A stretch of 64,000 nt of DNA from the sequence record KJ019142.1, one strand, 5' to 3'. Below are positions 30,625 through 40,074 of this stretch, in pieces; the first letter of the stretch is position 1, and every line of letters starts with the position of its first letter. A program made the translations under genes and the position numbers. The notes beneath the pieces were generated by a model, which ran no database searches, was not told where the DNA came from, and saw only the letters and a program-made list of their open reading frames with translations.

Positions 30625-32820
30625 ATGCCAGTAAACTTAGCATCGCCCGGAATTGTCGTAAGAGAGGTGGACCTTACCCTAGGTAATGTACAGACTTCTA
30701 CGGACAAGACCGGCGCAATTGTTGCCTCTTTCGCAAGAGGACCTGTTGATAAGCCAACCCTAATCGCAAGCGAGAACGAGCTTCTCGATGTCTTCGGACA
30801 ACCCTCATCTACTGATAGGCAGTATGAAGGATGGCTAGCCATTTCTTCTTATTTGTCATATGGCGGTATTATGCAGGTTGTTCGTTCTGACAACGAGAAA
30901 CTCAATAATAGCTTTGTGGGTACGGCCAGCAGCATTAAAATTAAAAGCTTAGAGGATTATAACGATCTAGCTTATGATGAGAACCAGATTCCTGGTGTCA
31001 CGGTAGCATCCAGAAACCCAGGATCCTGGGCAAACGGTATTAAGGTAGCGTTTATTGATGGTAAAGCTGACCAATATGTCAGTTCAGTGGGTCTTGGCAC
31101 TTCAGCCACTTCTTCCATTGCTCTAGGACAGGGTGTAATTCAAACTATCAGCAAAGTTGCTGCTGGTGCGGGTACTACACAATTAGTAGAAGGAGACCTT
31201 AAGGGTATTATTACTGGAGTAAACACCTCCACGGATCAACTAGAAGTTAAAGTCCTTTCATTCACTCCCTCAACTGGTTCAAACGCAGGTGTACAATTCG
31301 AAGTTGATTATCAACAGGGTGGTACTTGGTCGTTTGTAACTGGACTCTTCCAGGTATATTCTAGCGTAGGTCTAGTGACCTCAGTAGTAGCCGGTGGAGC
31401 ATCAGATTGGTTTGATGATCAAACTATCTCCGTTCAAGGTGGTAGAACAACAGTTAATTGGAACTCCCTAGCCAACAGACCAACCACAACTGAGTTCGCA
31501 AGAACTAGAAACGCTCGTTTCGATGAATTCCACATTGTCATTTTTGATGACACAGGTGATGTTACTGGTAATGCCGGTACCATTCTAGAGAAGAATATTG
31601 GAATGTCCAAGGGTACAGATGCTGAGTTCTCAGCTGGTACTCCTTCTTACTGGAGAAAGTATCTAGCTAACACTTCTTCTTATCTCTTTGGTGGATCATC
31701 CCCAGTTGGTGTTGTTACAACTTCCTTTGAGCCCGATAACGGTAATGGTTTCGTTCCTGAAACTGGCGGTGAGTGGGATCAACAGACCCGTAATAAGAAC
31801 TTCTATTCCTGTGGTAACCTAGCGGTAACTATGGAGGGTGGTAAGAACTACGACGGTGGAACTGATATCGATGCAATCGGTGCGTTAAGAGTAGATGTTG
31901 GTGATATCGCAGCAGGTTACGACAACTTTGAGTCCGATGACGAGACTGATATTGATTTCCTAATTATGGGATCAGCAGCCTACAACGAACCTGAAACTCA
32001 GTCACTAGCTAACAAGATCATCTCGATCGCAGAACTACGTAAGGACGCTATGGCGTTCATTTCACCTTACAGAGGTTCTCAAATTACTGATTCTGGATCA
32101 GGTGCTCAGGTTACTATCAACTCCAACAAGATTACTGATAACCTAATCAGTTTCTACTCAACTGTAGCTTCTTCCAGTTACGCCGTATTGGACACTGGTT
32201 ACAAGTACATGTATGATAGGTTCGCAGACAAGTTCAGATATGTTCCTATGAACGGAGACATCGCTGGATGTTGCGCAAGAACCGATCAAGTAGCTTTCCC
32301 TTGGTTCTCACCAGCAGGAACTACAAGAGGAGCAATCCTCAATGGTGTAAGACTAGCTTACAACCCAACACAACAACAGAGAGATCGCCTCTACTCCGCT
32401 AGAATCAATCCTGTCATCTTCGCTAATGATGTTGGTGGTATTGTTCTCTTCGGTGATAAGACAGCCCTATCAGCCTCTTCCGCTTTCGATAGAATCAACG
32501 TTCGTCGTTTGTTTATCTACGTAGAAGACGCTGTTAGTTCAGCCGCCAAGGATCAACTCTTTGAATTTAACGATGAAGTTACTAGAACTAACTTCGTGAA
32601 TATTGTAGAACCTTTCCTTCGTGATGTTCAAGCGAAAAGAGGTATTACAGACTTCATTGTAGTTTGTGACGAAACCAATAACACACCTGCTGTTGTTGAT
32701 AGAAACGAGTTCGTCGCTGACATCTTCATCAAACCAACCCGTTCCATTAACTTCATCGGTCTAACGTTTGTTGCTACCCGCACTGGCGTAAGTTTCGAAG
32801 AGGTTGTTGGTACTGTTTAA
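30625..32820 (+). CDS. g18: Tail sheath protein gp18
   Basis: LASPGIVVREVDLT; FPWFSPAG..RG; LFGDKT...SAFDRINVRRLF; IKPTRSINFIGLTFVATRTGVSFEE. Confidence 0.97.
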   Translation: MPVNLASPGIVVREVDLTLGNVQTSTDKTGAIVASFARGPVDKPTLIASENELLDVFGQPSSTDRQYEGWLAISSYLSYGGIMQVVRSDNEKLNNSFVGTASSIKIKSLEDYNDLAYDENQIPGVTVASRNPGSWANGIKVAFIDGKADQYVSSVGLGTSATSSIALGQGVIQTISKVAAGAGTTQLVEGDLKGIITGVNTSTDQLEVKVLSFTPSTGSNAGVQFEVDYQQGGTWSFVTGLFQVYSSVGLVTSVVAGGASDWFDDQTISVQGGRTTVNWNSLANRPTTTEFARTRNARFDEFHIVIFDDTGDVTGNAGTILEKNIGMSKGTDAEFSAGTPSYWRKYLANTSSYLFGGSSPVGVVTTSFEPDNGNGFVPETGGEWDQQTRNKNFYSCGNLAVTMEGGKNYDGGTDIDAIGALRVDVGDIAAGYDNFESDDETDIDFLIMGSAAYNEPETQSLANKIISIAELRKDAMAFISPYRGSQITDSGSGAQVTINSNKITDNLISFYSTVASSSYAVLDTGYKYMYDRFADKFRYVPMNGDIAGCCARTDQVAFPWFSPAGTTRGAILNGVRLAYNPTQQQRDRLYSARINPVIFANDVGGIVLFGDKTALSASSAFDRINVRRLFIYVEDAVSSAAKDQLFEFNDEVTRTNFVNIVEPFLRDVQAKRGITDFIVVCDETNNTPAVVDRNEFVADIFIKPTRSINFIGLTFVATRTGVSFEEVVGTV

Positions 32821-32860
32821 TTCACTTCTACCTAAACAAATTTTCAAGGAGCAACCCTAA

Positions 32861-33457
32861 ATGGCAAGCACAAGATCTCAGGTAGAGGGTCCAGTATTGA
32901 GGACGCTGAGTGACTTTAAAGCTAAAATGACTGGTGGCGGTGCCCGCCCCAATCTATTTGAAGTCGTTCTTCAGTTCCCAATCTCAGCACCTACCGATAC
33001 CGATACACTACAGAAAACACGTTTCTTAGTTAAGGCAGCTGCACTTCCAGCTTCAAACATTGGTCCCATCGAAGTTCCCTTCCGTGGTCGTGTTTTGAAA
33101 CTAGCAGGTGACAGAACCTTCGATACCTGGACTATTACAGTTCTAAACGACACGGATTTCTCAATCCGTTCAGCGTTCGAGAAGTGGATGAACTCCATGA
33201 ATCGTATGGAAGACGCAACTGGTACTCAGGATCCAGCTTTCTATCAGTCAGACGCATATGTCTATCAGTTAGACAGAGATGGTTCAACTCTACGTACCTA
33301 TCGTTTCCACGACGTGTTCCCCAATAACCTATCTTCTATGGATCTCAACTATGAGACCACAGATAGCATCCACGAATTCACAGTGGAAATGCAGGTTCAG
33401 TGGTGGGAAGCAATCAGAGGAACCGGACGTAACGCCGGTGGTGAAGATATCTTCTAA
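32861..33457 (+). CDS. g19: Tail tube protein gp19
   Basis: GGGARPNLFEV; PFRGRVLKLAGDRTFDTWTITVLND; EFTVEMQVQWW. Confidence 0.97.
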   Translation: MASTRSQVEGPVLRTLSDFKAKMTGGGARPNLFEVVLQFPISAPTDTDTLQKTRFLVKAAALPASNIGPIEVPFRGRVLKLAGDRTFDTWTITVLNDTDFSIRSAFEKWMNSMNRMEDATGTQDPAFYQSDAYVYQLDRDGSTLRTYRFHDVFPNNLSSMDLNYETTDSIHEFTVEMQVQWWEAIRGTGRNAGGEDIF

Positions 33458-33471
33458 ACCCAGTTCAGTAC

Positions 33472-33503
33472 AAGAGACCTCCTCAAAAAGGGGGTCTTTT
33501 TTT
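33472..33503 (+). terminator. Rho-independent terminator after g19
   Basis: AGACCTCCT-caaaa-AGGGGGTCT stem followed by a T-run. Confidence 0.85.
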
Positions 33504-33508
33504 ATGCG

Positions 33509-33515
33509 CTAAATA
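33509..33515 (+). promoter_or_regulatory. Late promoter CTAAATA
   Basis: Immediately after the g19 terminator and upstream of g20. Confidence 0.7.
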
Positions 33516-33565
33516 TATTCACGGGTCGTACCCATACATGTTATTATAGGAAGAAAATACTCGTT

Positions 33566-35326
33566 ATGGGAAGGTTATTCGGTTTTTCAATTGAAGAAGA
33601 CGACATCCAACGCCCTGGATCGATAAGTCCGGTTCCCGAAAATAACCAGGATGGTGTAGATTACTATGCCTCTGGTGGTGCGTTTGGTTCTTCTTACGTT
33701 GATATTGAAGGTGTATTTAGAACAGAGTATGATCTGATTCGTAGATACAGAGAAATGGCACTCTACCCCGAAGTGGATTGTGCGGTAGAAGATATTGTCA
33801 ATGAAGCAATTGTTAGTGACCTATATGAATCACCAGTTCAGATTGAACTCAGTAATGTAGATGCTAGTGAGAAAGTAAAGAATATTATTCGTGATGAGTT
33901 CAAATACATCAAGGAGATGTTGGACTTTGATAAGAGAGCACACGAGATTTTCCGTAACTGGTATATCGACGGTCGTATGCACTACCTGAAGGTTATCGAC
34001 TTCGAGAGACCCCAAGATGGTATTATGGATCTACGATATATTGATCCTATGAAGATCAAGTTTGTTCGTAAGATCAATAACAAAGCACAAAATAGTCCTA
34101 TTGCAAGTAAGGTACTAACACTAAACAATACTGGAGCACAGATTCCTAACGGTAGAAACGATGCTTTCAGTGCTGGTATTGATGAGTATTATGTTTATAC
34201 TCCTGGCGCATCTACTGGTGGTTGTGGAACTGCTGGTATGGCAGTTGGTAACTCAGCACAATCATCCATCAAGATTGCTAAAGATTCAATTGCCTACTGT
34301 AACTCTGGTCTAGTTGATAGAAACGCACAGACAGTTTTGTCCTGGATTCACAAGGCAATCAAAGCGGCCAATCAACTCCGTATGATTGAAGACTCTATTG
34401 TTATCTACAGACTATCAAGAGCACCAGAAAGAAGAATCTTCTATATTGATGTTGGTAATCTACCCAAAGTAAAGGCAGAGCAATACCTACACCAGGTGAT
34501 GCAGAGATATAGAAATAAGATGACGTATAACGCATCTACTGGTGAGATGAAGAGTGATAAGAAAGTACTTTCTATGTTGGAAGACTTCTGGTTGCCTAGA
34601 AGAGAAGGTGGTAGAGGAACAGAAATCTCTACACTTCCCGGTGGTCAGAACCTAGGTGAGATCAGTGACCTAGAGTATTTTAGGAATAGACTATATGATT
34701 CCCTAAACGTACCTCGTTCCAGACAACCTGGTTCCAGCGATGGTTTTAGTTTGGGACGTTCCAGTGAAATTCTAAGGGATGAAGTTAAGTTCTCCAAGTT
34801 CGTAGCTAGACTCCGTAAGAGATTTGCTGGTCTATTCAATGATATCCTAAAGACTCAACTGATTCTCAAGAATATCATTACTCCCGAAGATTGGGAGATG
34901 TTAAAGGATAACATCCAGTATGATTTCCTCTATGACAACCATTTTGCCGAACTCAAAGATACTGAACTTATGCAGGAGAGATTCAATCTCCTAGCACAGG
35001 CAGAACCTTATATCGGTAAGTATTATTCCCAACAGTATATCAGAACTAAAATCCTCCGTCAAACTGACGGTGAGATGGTAGAGGAAGATAAGCAAATTGA
35101 GAAAGAAATTGAGAGTGGGGCTATTCCAGATCCCGCTCTTATTGATCCCATTACTGGGGAACAAATGATTCCTGGTGGTGAATCTCCACCTGTTCCAGGA
35201 GAAGATCAACCTCAAGATGGTGTTGGTGGTAAAGCTGAAATGGGAGCCCCTATTCAAGATAATGATGTGAAGGTTAACATTGATCGGTCTACCAAAATGC
35301 CTGAAAAGGGATTAGGTGAAATCTAA
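33566..35326 (+). CDS. g20: Portal protein gp20
   Basis: WYIDGR; NQLRMIEDSIVIYRLSRAPERRIFYIDVGNLPK; EDFWLPRREGGRGTEISTLPGGQNLGE. Confidence 0.98.
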   Translation: MGRLFGFSIEEDDIQRPGSISPVPENNQDGVDYYASGGAFGSSYVDIEGVFRTEYDLIRRYREMALYPEVDCAVEDIVNEAIVSDLYESPVQIELSNVDASEKVKNIIRDEFKYIKEMLDFDKRAHEIFRNWYIDGRMHYLKVIDFERPQDGIMDLRYIDPMKIKFVRKINNKAQNSPIASKVLTLNNTGAQIPNGRNDAFSAGIDEYYVYTPGASTGGCGTAGMAVGNSAQSSIKIAKDSIAYCNSGLVDRNAQTVLSWIHKAIKAANQLRMIEDSIVIYRLSRAPERRIFYIDVGNLPKVKAEQYLHQVMQRYRNKMTYNASTGEMKSDKKVLSMLEDFWLPRREGGRGTEISTLPGGQNLGEISDLEYFRNRLYDSLNVPRSRQPGSSDGFSLGRSSEILRDEVKFSKFVARLRKRFAGLFNDILKTQLILKNIITPEDWEMLKDNIQYDFLYDNHFAELKDTELMQERFNLLAQAEPYIGKYYSQQYIRTKILRQTDGEMVEEDKQIEKEIESGAIPDPALIDPITGEQMIPGGESPPVPGEDQPQDGVGGKAEMGAPIQDNDVKVNIDRSTKMPEKGLGEI

Positions 35327-35331
35327 ACCTA

Positions 35332-35338
35332 ATAAATA
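35332..35338 (+). promoter_or_regulatory. Late promoter ATAAATA
   Basis: Intergenic between g20 and the acidic core gene. Confidence 0.6.
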
Positions 35339-35357
35339 AAACATATATCTTTTTATT

Positions 35358-35585
35358 ATGGAAATCGACACATCGGTTGTGGATGCCATTGTGAGTGGTG
35401 AAACACCCGCAGGTATTACACAATCCATTAAGGATCTTCTGTATGCAAAAGCAAGCGAAAGGGTTGATACCTATCGTGATGTAGTAGCAGACAGAATGTT
35501 TGGTGGTTCCGAAGTTCCCGAAGGGGAAACAGAAGAACCAGTAGCCGAACTTGAGAGTGATGAGGAAGGGGTAGAAGAAGAGTGA
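35358..35585 (+). CDS. Small acidic prohead-core-type protein
   Basis: Lies between g20 and g21, where T4 has g67/g68; very acidic C-terminus. Confidence 0.6.
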   Translation: MEIDTSVVDAIVSGETPAGITQSIKDLLYAKASERVDTYRDVVADRMFGGSEVPEGETEEPVAELESDEEGVEEE

Positions 35586-35839
35586 TTAAGATTGTATTCT
35601 CCGAGGTTGATAGTCCAACGGACTCTGACCAGGCAATCAGTCTCAACAACTCTAGTGGTGTTAGGGCAATTAATTGTTCTAAAAAACCATATCTACTCTA
35701 CCTAATCGATAACATAAGTGGAGAGACTAGATCACTTACATTAGTGAGTAATGAAAGTCTTATCCTTAAAAAACACAGTTACGATAAGGTATATGCTTCA
35801 TCGAAAACTGTTCGTATCGCTGGAGTAAGCATCTACTAA
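35582..35839 (+). CDS. Hypothetical protein
   Basis: GTGA overlap with the upstream stop; ends 1 nt before g21. Confidence 0.55.
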   Translation: MIKIVFSEVDSPTDSDQAISLNNSSGVRAINCSKKPYLLYLIDNISGETRSLTLVSNESLILKKHSYDKVYASSKTVRIAGVSIY

Positions 35840-35840
35840 C

Positions 35841-36491
35841 ATGAAACTAATTACAGAAGAAATTAACAAGGTTGAATTTATTGTCGAAGAAAACAATGGC
35901 AAACAGTCATGTTTTATTGAGGGAAACTTCCTTCAGGGCAATATTAAAAACCGAAATGGTCGTGTCTATAGAACCGAGACACTAGCCCGTGAAGTTGCCC
36001 GTTACAATGAACAGTATGTTCAGAACGGACGCGCTCTCGGTGAACTTGGGCATCCTGATGGACCCACAGTTAACTTGGACCGAGTATCACATAACATTAT
36101 TTCACTTCGTCAAGAGGGAAATAATTTCATAGGTAAGGCAAAACTTCTTGATACTCCTATGGGAAATATCGCTAAGAGCCTTATTGGTGAAGGTGTTAAG
36201 CTTGGTGTTTCTTCTCGTGGTGTTGGTTCCATTAGTGAAACGAAGCAAGGATATAAGCTTGTTGGTGAAGACTTTATGTTGGCAACCGCAGCTGATATTG
36301 TAGCTGATCCTAGTGCCCCAGACGCTTTTGTTCAGGGTATCATGGAAGGAAAAGAGTGGGTTTTTGTTAATGGACTCTTGAGAGAGAGTGACATTAAGAG
36401 CACACAGTCTACAATTGACAAACTAGTTGTCACAAGGGAACTTGAAGAGAAGAAGGTTCAACTTTTTCAAGATTTCCTTTCAAATCTATAA
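35841..36491 (+). CDS. g21: Prohead protease gp21
   Basis: MKLITEEI; NRNGRVY; RALGELGHPDGPTVNLDRVSH; LGVSSRGVGS; ADIVADPSAPDAFVQGIMEGKEW. Confidence 0.97.
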   Translation: MKLITEEINKVEFIVEENNGKQSCFIEGNFLQGNIKNRNGRVYRTETLAREVARYNEQYVQNGRALGELGHPDGPTVNLDRVSHNIISLRQEGNNFIGKAKLLDTPMGNIAKSLIGEGVKLGVSSRGVGSISETKQGYKLVGEDFMLATAADIVADPSAPDAFVQGIMEGKEWVFVNGLLRESDIKSTQSTIDKLVVTRELEEKKVQLFQDFLSNL

Positions 36492-36495
36492 ACTC

Positions 36496-36503
36496 TATAA
36501 ATA
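36496..36503 (+). promoter_or_regulatory. Late promoter TATAAATA
   Basis: Exact consensus upstream of g22. Confidence 0.85.
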
Positions 36504-36560
36504 AACATAGATTTATATTATATAAATTACACTCGTCGGTAGCAACCTATTTTACAAGAC

Positions 36561-37664
36561 ATGGAAAACGTAGTAACGAAAGGTGCTAAGTCGGCTGAGG
36601 CTATGGATAAAGTCTCACCCAGCGTAGTACCCGGACAGTCAATCACCGATCTCGGTGGTCCTACTCCCGAAAACTATACTAATGAGCCTGACGGCTCTGC
36701 GAAGCTTAATGACGCCGGTGGTCCCCTCAAGAAAGTTGAGGATGTGGTCACCAAAGGCGCTAAGAAGTCAGAAGGTATGGAAAAGGCATCCCCAGAACCA
36801 CCATCTGGTGGAACAACTGATGCCCGATCCGCTTCTTCACAAGCTGAGAAAGTAACAACCAAACCCCCCGGTCAAACCACTAAGGAAGAGACTGAGGTAG
36901 AGGAAGAGGAAGTTCTTATTTCAGAAATTGATATTGAAGAAGACGTAACTGCACTTCTAAGTGGTGAGGAGCTCTCTGAAGAATTTCAGAGTAAGGCTCG
37001 TACCATCTTTGAAGCGGCCATCCGTAACAAGGTTGCTATCGCTAAAGAAGAACTCCAAGTAGCATACGAAACTCGCCTAGTTGAAGAACTAGAGCTAGTA
37101 CGTGAGTCAGTCGCTAGTCGAGTTGACGCATACTTAGAGTACGTAGCCGATGAGTGGATGGCTGAAAACGCCATCGCCGTCGAACATGGACTAAGAACTG
37201 AAATGACAGAGAGCTTTATCTCTGGCATGAAGCAACTATTTGACAGTCACTATGTTTCAATCCCTGAAGAGAGATTTGATGTAGTAGAGTCCATGGTTGA
37301 GAAACTTGATGAAATGGAAGAAAAACTCAATGAGCAAATTGAGCGTAACATCACCCTAAACAGCCGTTTAGGTCAAACTGTTGCTGAAGGTATCTTCATA
37401 GAAGTATCTGAAGGATTAGCTGAAACCCAAAAGGATAAGCTTATCGCCCTTGCTGAAAACGTTGAGTTTGATAGTGAAGCAGGTTATCGTGAGAAACTAG
37501 AGAGTCTCAAGGAATCTTATTTCCCTGGTAGACCCTCAACTATCGCGAGCAGAAACAGTGTAGAGGACCTTACTGAAGAGGTTAACGTTGGTGGGGAAGC
37601 CCGTCAGGTTACCGGTTCAATGGCCGCCTACCTACAGACACTCGATAGAGTTTCTAAAAAGTGA
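36561..37664 (+). CDS. g22: Prohead scaffold/core protein gp22
   Basis: DLGGPTPENY; ELSEEFQSKARTIFEAA; YLEYVADEWM.EN.IAVEHGLRTE; synteny. Confidence 0.93.
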   Translation: MENVVTKGAKSAEAMDKVSPSVVPGQSITDLGGPTPENYTNEPDGSAKLNDAGGPLKKVEDVVTKGAKKSEGMEKASPEPPSGGTTDARSASSQAEKVTTKPPGQTTKEETEVEEEEVLISEIDIEEDVTALLSGEELSEEFQSKARTIFEAAIRNKVAIAKEELQVAYETRLVEELELVRESVASRVDAYLEYVADEWMAENAIAVEHGLRTEMTESFISGMKQLFDSHYVSIPEERFDVVESMVEKLDEMEEKLNEQIERNITLNSRLGQTVAEGIFIEVSEGLAETQKDKLIALAENVEFDSEAGYREKLESLKESYFPGRPSTIASRNSVEDLTEEVNVGGEARQVTGSMAAYLQTLDRVSKK

Positions 37665-37717
37665 ATTCTAAATTATTAGATCAAACAAAACATTTTTAAC
37701 AATAGGTTTTAAAACAA

Positions 37718-39121
37718 ATGTACAATTCCGCAAACTCCGAATTTCTCCAGGAGAAGTGGGCACCAATCCTCGAGCACGGTGAGTCCATCCAGGACGCACA
37801 CAAGCGTGCCGTAACTGCCCAACTTCTAGAGAACCAGGAAGTAGCCCTTTCCGAAGAGCGTGCTTTCCTTTCAGAAGCTCCAACAGTAAACACCGACCCT
37901 AACGCAACTGGCAACGCTGGTTTCTCTGGTAATGGTGATCAATCAGTAGCTGGTTTCGATCCAGTACTCATCAGCCTCATCCGTCGTTCAATGCCTAACT
38001 TGATGGCATACGACCTTTGTGGTGTTCAACCAATGAACGGTCCTACCGGTCTTATCTTCGCGATGAGAAGCCGTTATGACTCACAGACAGGCGACGAGAC
38101 CTTCTACAACGAAGTCAACTCTGCCTTCTCCGCACAGAACCAGTCCGGTACAGCTACTCAGGGTAACTACTCTGGTCAAGTTGGCGCTGGTAACACAGTT
38201 GGTTTCGGTACAACCGCACAACGTGGTTCTAACCCTTCAATCCTCAACCCCGAGCCCGGTGACCAAGTTGGTTACAACGTAGGTCAGGGTATGTTGACCC
38301 AGGACGCTGAGAACCTTGGCGAAACTGGTACAGAGTTCAATGAGATGGGCTTCTCAATCGAGAAGGTCACCGTAACTGCTAAGTCACGGGCACTCAAGGC
38401 TCAGTACAGCATGGAATTGGCTCAGGATCTCAAAGCGATCCACGGTCTAAACGCCGAAGCTGAACTATCTAACATCCTCGCCTCTGAAATTCTTTCAGAG
38501 ATCAACAGAGAAGTTGTTAGAACTATCTACAAGTCAGCTGTATTCGGTGCTCAGAACAACGTAGCCACTCCTGGTGTATTTGACCTAGACGTTGATTCCA
38601 ACGGTAGATGGTCAGTTGAGAAGTTCAAAGGACTTATCTTCCAGATCGAAAGAGACGCTAACGCGATCGCGCAACAAACTCGTAGAGGAAAGGGTAACTT
38701 CATCCTTTGTTCCGCGGATGTTGCTTCAGCTCTAACCATGGCTGGTGTACTTGACTACACCCCAGCACTCAACGCTAACCTTAACGTTGATGACACCGGT
38801 AACACCTTCGCTGGTGTTCTACAAGGTAAGTATAGAGTCTACATTGACCCATACGCAGCTAACGTCAGCAACAACCAGTACTATGTCGCTGGTTACAAAG
38901 GTTCCTCACCTTATGACGCTGGTCTCTTTTATTGTCCATATGTGCCACTCCAGATGGTACGTAGCGTCGGTCAGGACACCTTCCAGCCACGTATCGGATT
39001 CAAGACCCGTTACGGAATGGTCGCAAACCCATTCGCAGAAGGTCTTGAAGCTGGCTATGGCCGCATCACTCCTAACAGTAACGTCTACTACAGACGCGTT
39101 CAAGTCAAAAATCTTATGTGA
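37718..39121 (+). CDS. g23: Major capsid protein gp23
   Basis: GFDPVLISLIRRSMPNLMAYDLCGVQPMNGPTGLIFAMR; KSRALKAQYSMELAQDLKAIHGL; FQPRIGFKTRYG. Confidence 0.99.
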   Translation: MYNSANSEFLQEKWAPILEHGESIQDAHKRAVTAQLLENQEVALSEERAFLSEAPTVNTDPNATGNAGFSGNGDQSVAGFDPVLISLIRRSMPNLMAYDLCGVQPMNGPTGLIFAMRSRYDSQTGDETFYNEVNSAFSAQNQSGTATQGNYSGQVGAGNTVGFGTTAQRGSNPSILNPEPGDQVGYNVGQGMLTQDAENLGETGTEFNEMGFSIEKVTVTAKSRALKAQYSMELAQDLKAIHGLNAEAELSNILASEILSEINREVVRTIYKSAVFGAQNNVATPGVFDLDVDSNGRWSVEKFKGLIFQIERDANAIAQQTRRGKGNFILCSADVASALTMAGVLDYTPALNANLNVDDTGNTFAGVLQGKYRVYIDPYAANVSNNQYYVAGYKGSSPYDAGLFYCPYVPLQMVRSVGQDTFQPRIGFKTRYGMVANPFAEGLEAGYGRITPNSNVYYRRVQVKNLM

Positions 39122-39160
39122 TCCAATAGCTCCGACGAGTTATCACATATGTGTTTCACG

Positions 39161-39184
39161 AGGACCCTTCGGGGTCCTTTTTTT
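39161..39184 (+). terminator. Rho-independent terminator after g23
   Basis: AGGACCC-TTCG-GGGTCCT followed by TTTTTT. Confidence 0.93.
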
Positions 39185-39228
39185 ATGCACTCATAAATGG
39201 GAGCAGAGTGGTGATATCCCTACATCAT

Positions 39229-39261
39229 GTTGCCGGACGCAAATACTTAATGTTATAAATA
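39229..39261 (+). promoter_or_regulatory. Late promoter TATAAATA (39254-39261), possibly overlapping a sigma70-like TTGCCG...TGTTATAAA
   Basis: Exact late consensus; a -35-like TTGCCG lies 18 nt upstream of TATAAA. Confidence 0.65.
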
Positions 39262-39321
39262 CTAGGAATACATACCTAGTGTATGTGTTATACTTAACAG
39301 TCCGTATTCGGAGAAGAATTA

Positions 39322-39729
39322 ATGAGTCTTAAAATGATTGCGCTAGCTAGTCTAGCTGCCCCCGCTGCACTACTAGCAGCACCTTCAGCACAAGCTGAAG
39401 TAATCTTTGCTGGCGAACCACAAGAACTAAGTGGTTTCTATGTAACCACCGAAGCCAACTCTGGTTGGACCGGTGATGACTACAGAGGATCCATCATTGA
39501 TGTTCGCGCTGGTTACGAAGCCGCACTTACAGACACAATCGACGCATATGTCGAAGTAGGTCCTGCCTTCCTAATGCCTGATGGTAGTGACAACACAACC
39601 GAAGTCGGAGCTGAAGTAGGTGCATCTATTGCCGCCACCGATCACCTAGAATTCTACGGAGAATTCGAAGTCATCTCTGGTGATCTTAATGATTATGGCA
39701 CCAAGTTTGGCGCTACATATCGCTTTTAG
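39322..39729 (+). CDS. Signal-peptide-bearing small outer-membrane beta-barrel-like protein
   Basis: N-terminal hydrophobic signal ending AQA; alternating beta-strand pattern (FYVTTEANSG, VRAGYE, EFYGEFEV); C-terminal YGTKFGATYRF ending in Phe. Confidence 0.7.
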   Translation: MSLKMIALASLAAPAALLAAPSAQAEVIFAGEPQELSGFYVTTEANSGWTGDDYRGSIIDVRAGYEAALTDTIDAYVEVGPAFLMPDGSDNTTEVGAEVGASIAATDHLEFYGEFEVISGDLNDYGTKFGATYRF

Positions 39730-39738
39730 TGTTATAAT
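39730..39738 (+). promoter_or_regulatory. Extended -10 promoter TGTTATAAT
   Basis: TGn plus a perfect TATAAT directly after the OMP-like gene stop. Confidence 0.6.
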
Positions 39739-39767
39739 GTAAGTAGCTTGGGAAGCTGAGTTACTCA

Positions 39768-39793
39768 CCCCTACCCAAGCGGTGGGGGTTTTT
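39768..39793 (+). terminator. Terminator-like hairpin
   Basis: CCCC(T)ACC-caagc-GGTGGGG followed by TTTTTT. Confidence 0.7.
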
Positions 39794-39813
39794 TATTGCC
39801 TAGATAAACAACT

Positions 39814-40074
39814 ATGAACGGATCATTAGACCCAGACGAAAGAGTGTTGAGTGCTAACTCCAAACTATCAGAAGTACCAGTATCCCTACAAAGGGCTATT
39901 GATATTCTTGGTTGGGATGATGTAGACGACATTCGTGTAGAGATTGGTGGATGTGCTACTAGTGGTATTCACCAGAAAGAAGACGCAAACCCAAAGTGGT
40001 CTCGTGAATTTGGTGATACTGTCTATAACAAGGACGCGTTTATTGTTATCAAAAATAGAAGCAGAAGTCAATGA
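39814..40074 (+). CDS. Conserved hypothetical protein
   Basis: ATGA overlap with g3; sequence of the type seen before g3 in cyanophages (MNGSLDPDE...YNKDAFIVIKNRSR). Confidence 0.65.
   Translation: MNGSLDPDERVLSANSKLSEVPVSLQRAIDILGWDDVDDIRVEIGGCATSGIHQKEDANPKWSREFGDTVYNKDAFIVIKNRSRSQ

Noticed and set aside
38745-39332. 195-aa alternate-frame ORF overlapping the g23 3' end
   Set aside because: It runs through the strong g23 terminator, has a Ser/Thr-rich shadow composition and no RBS.
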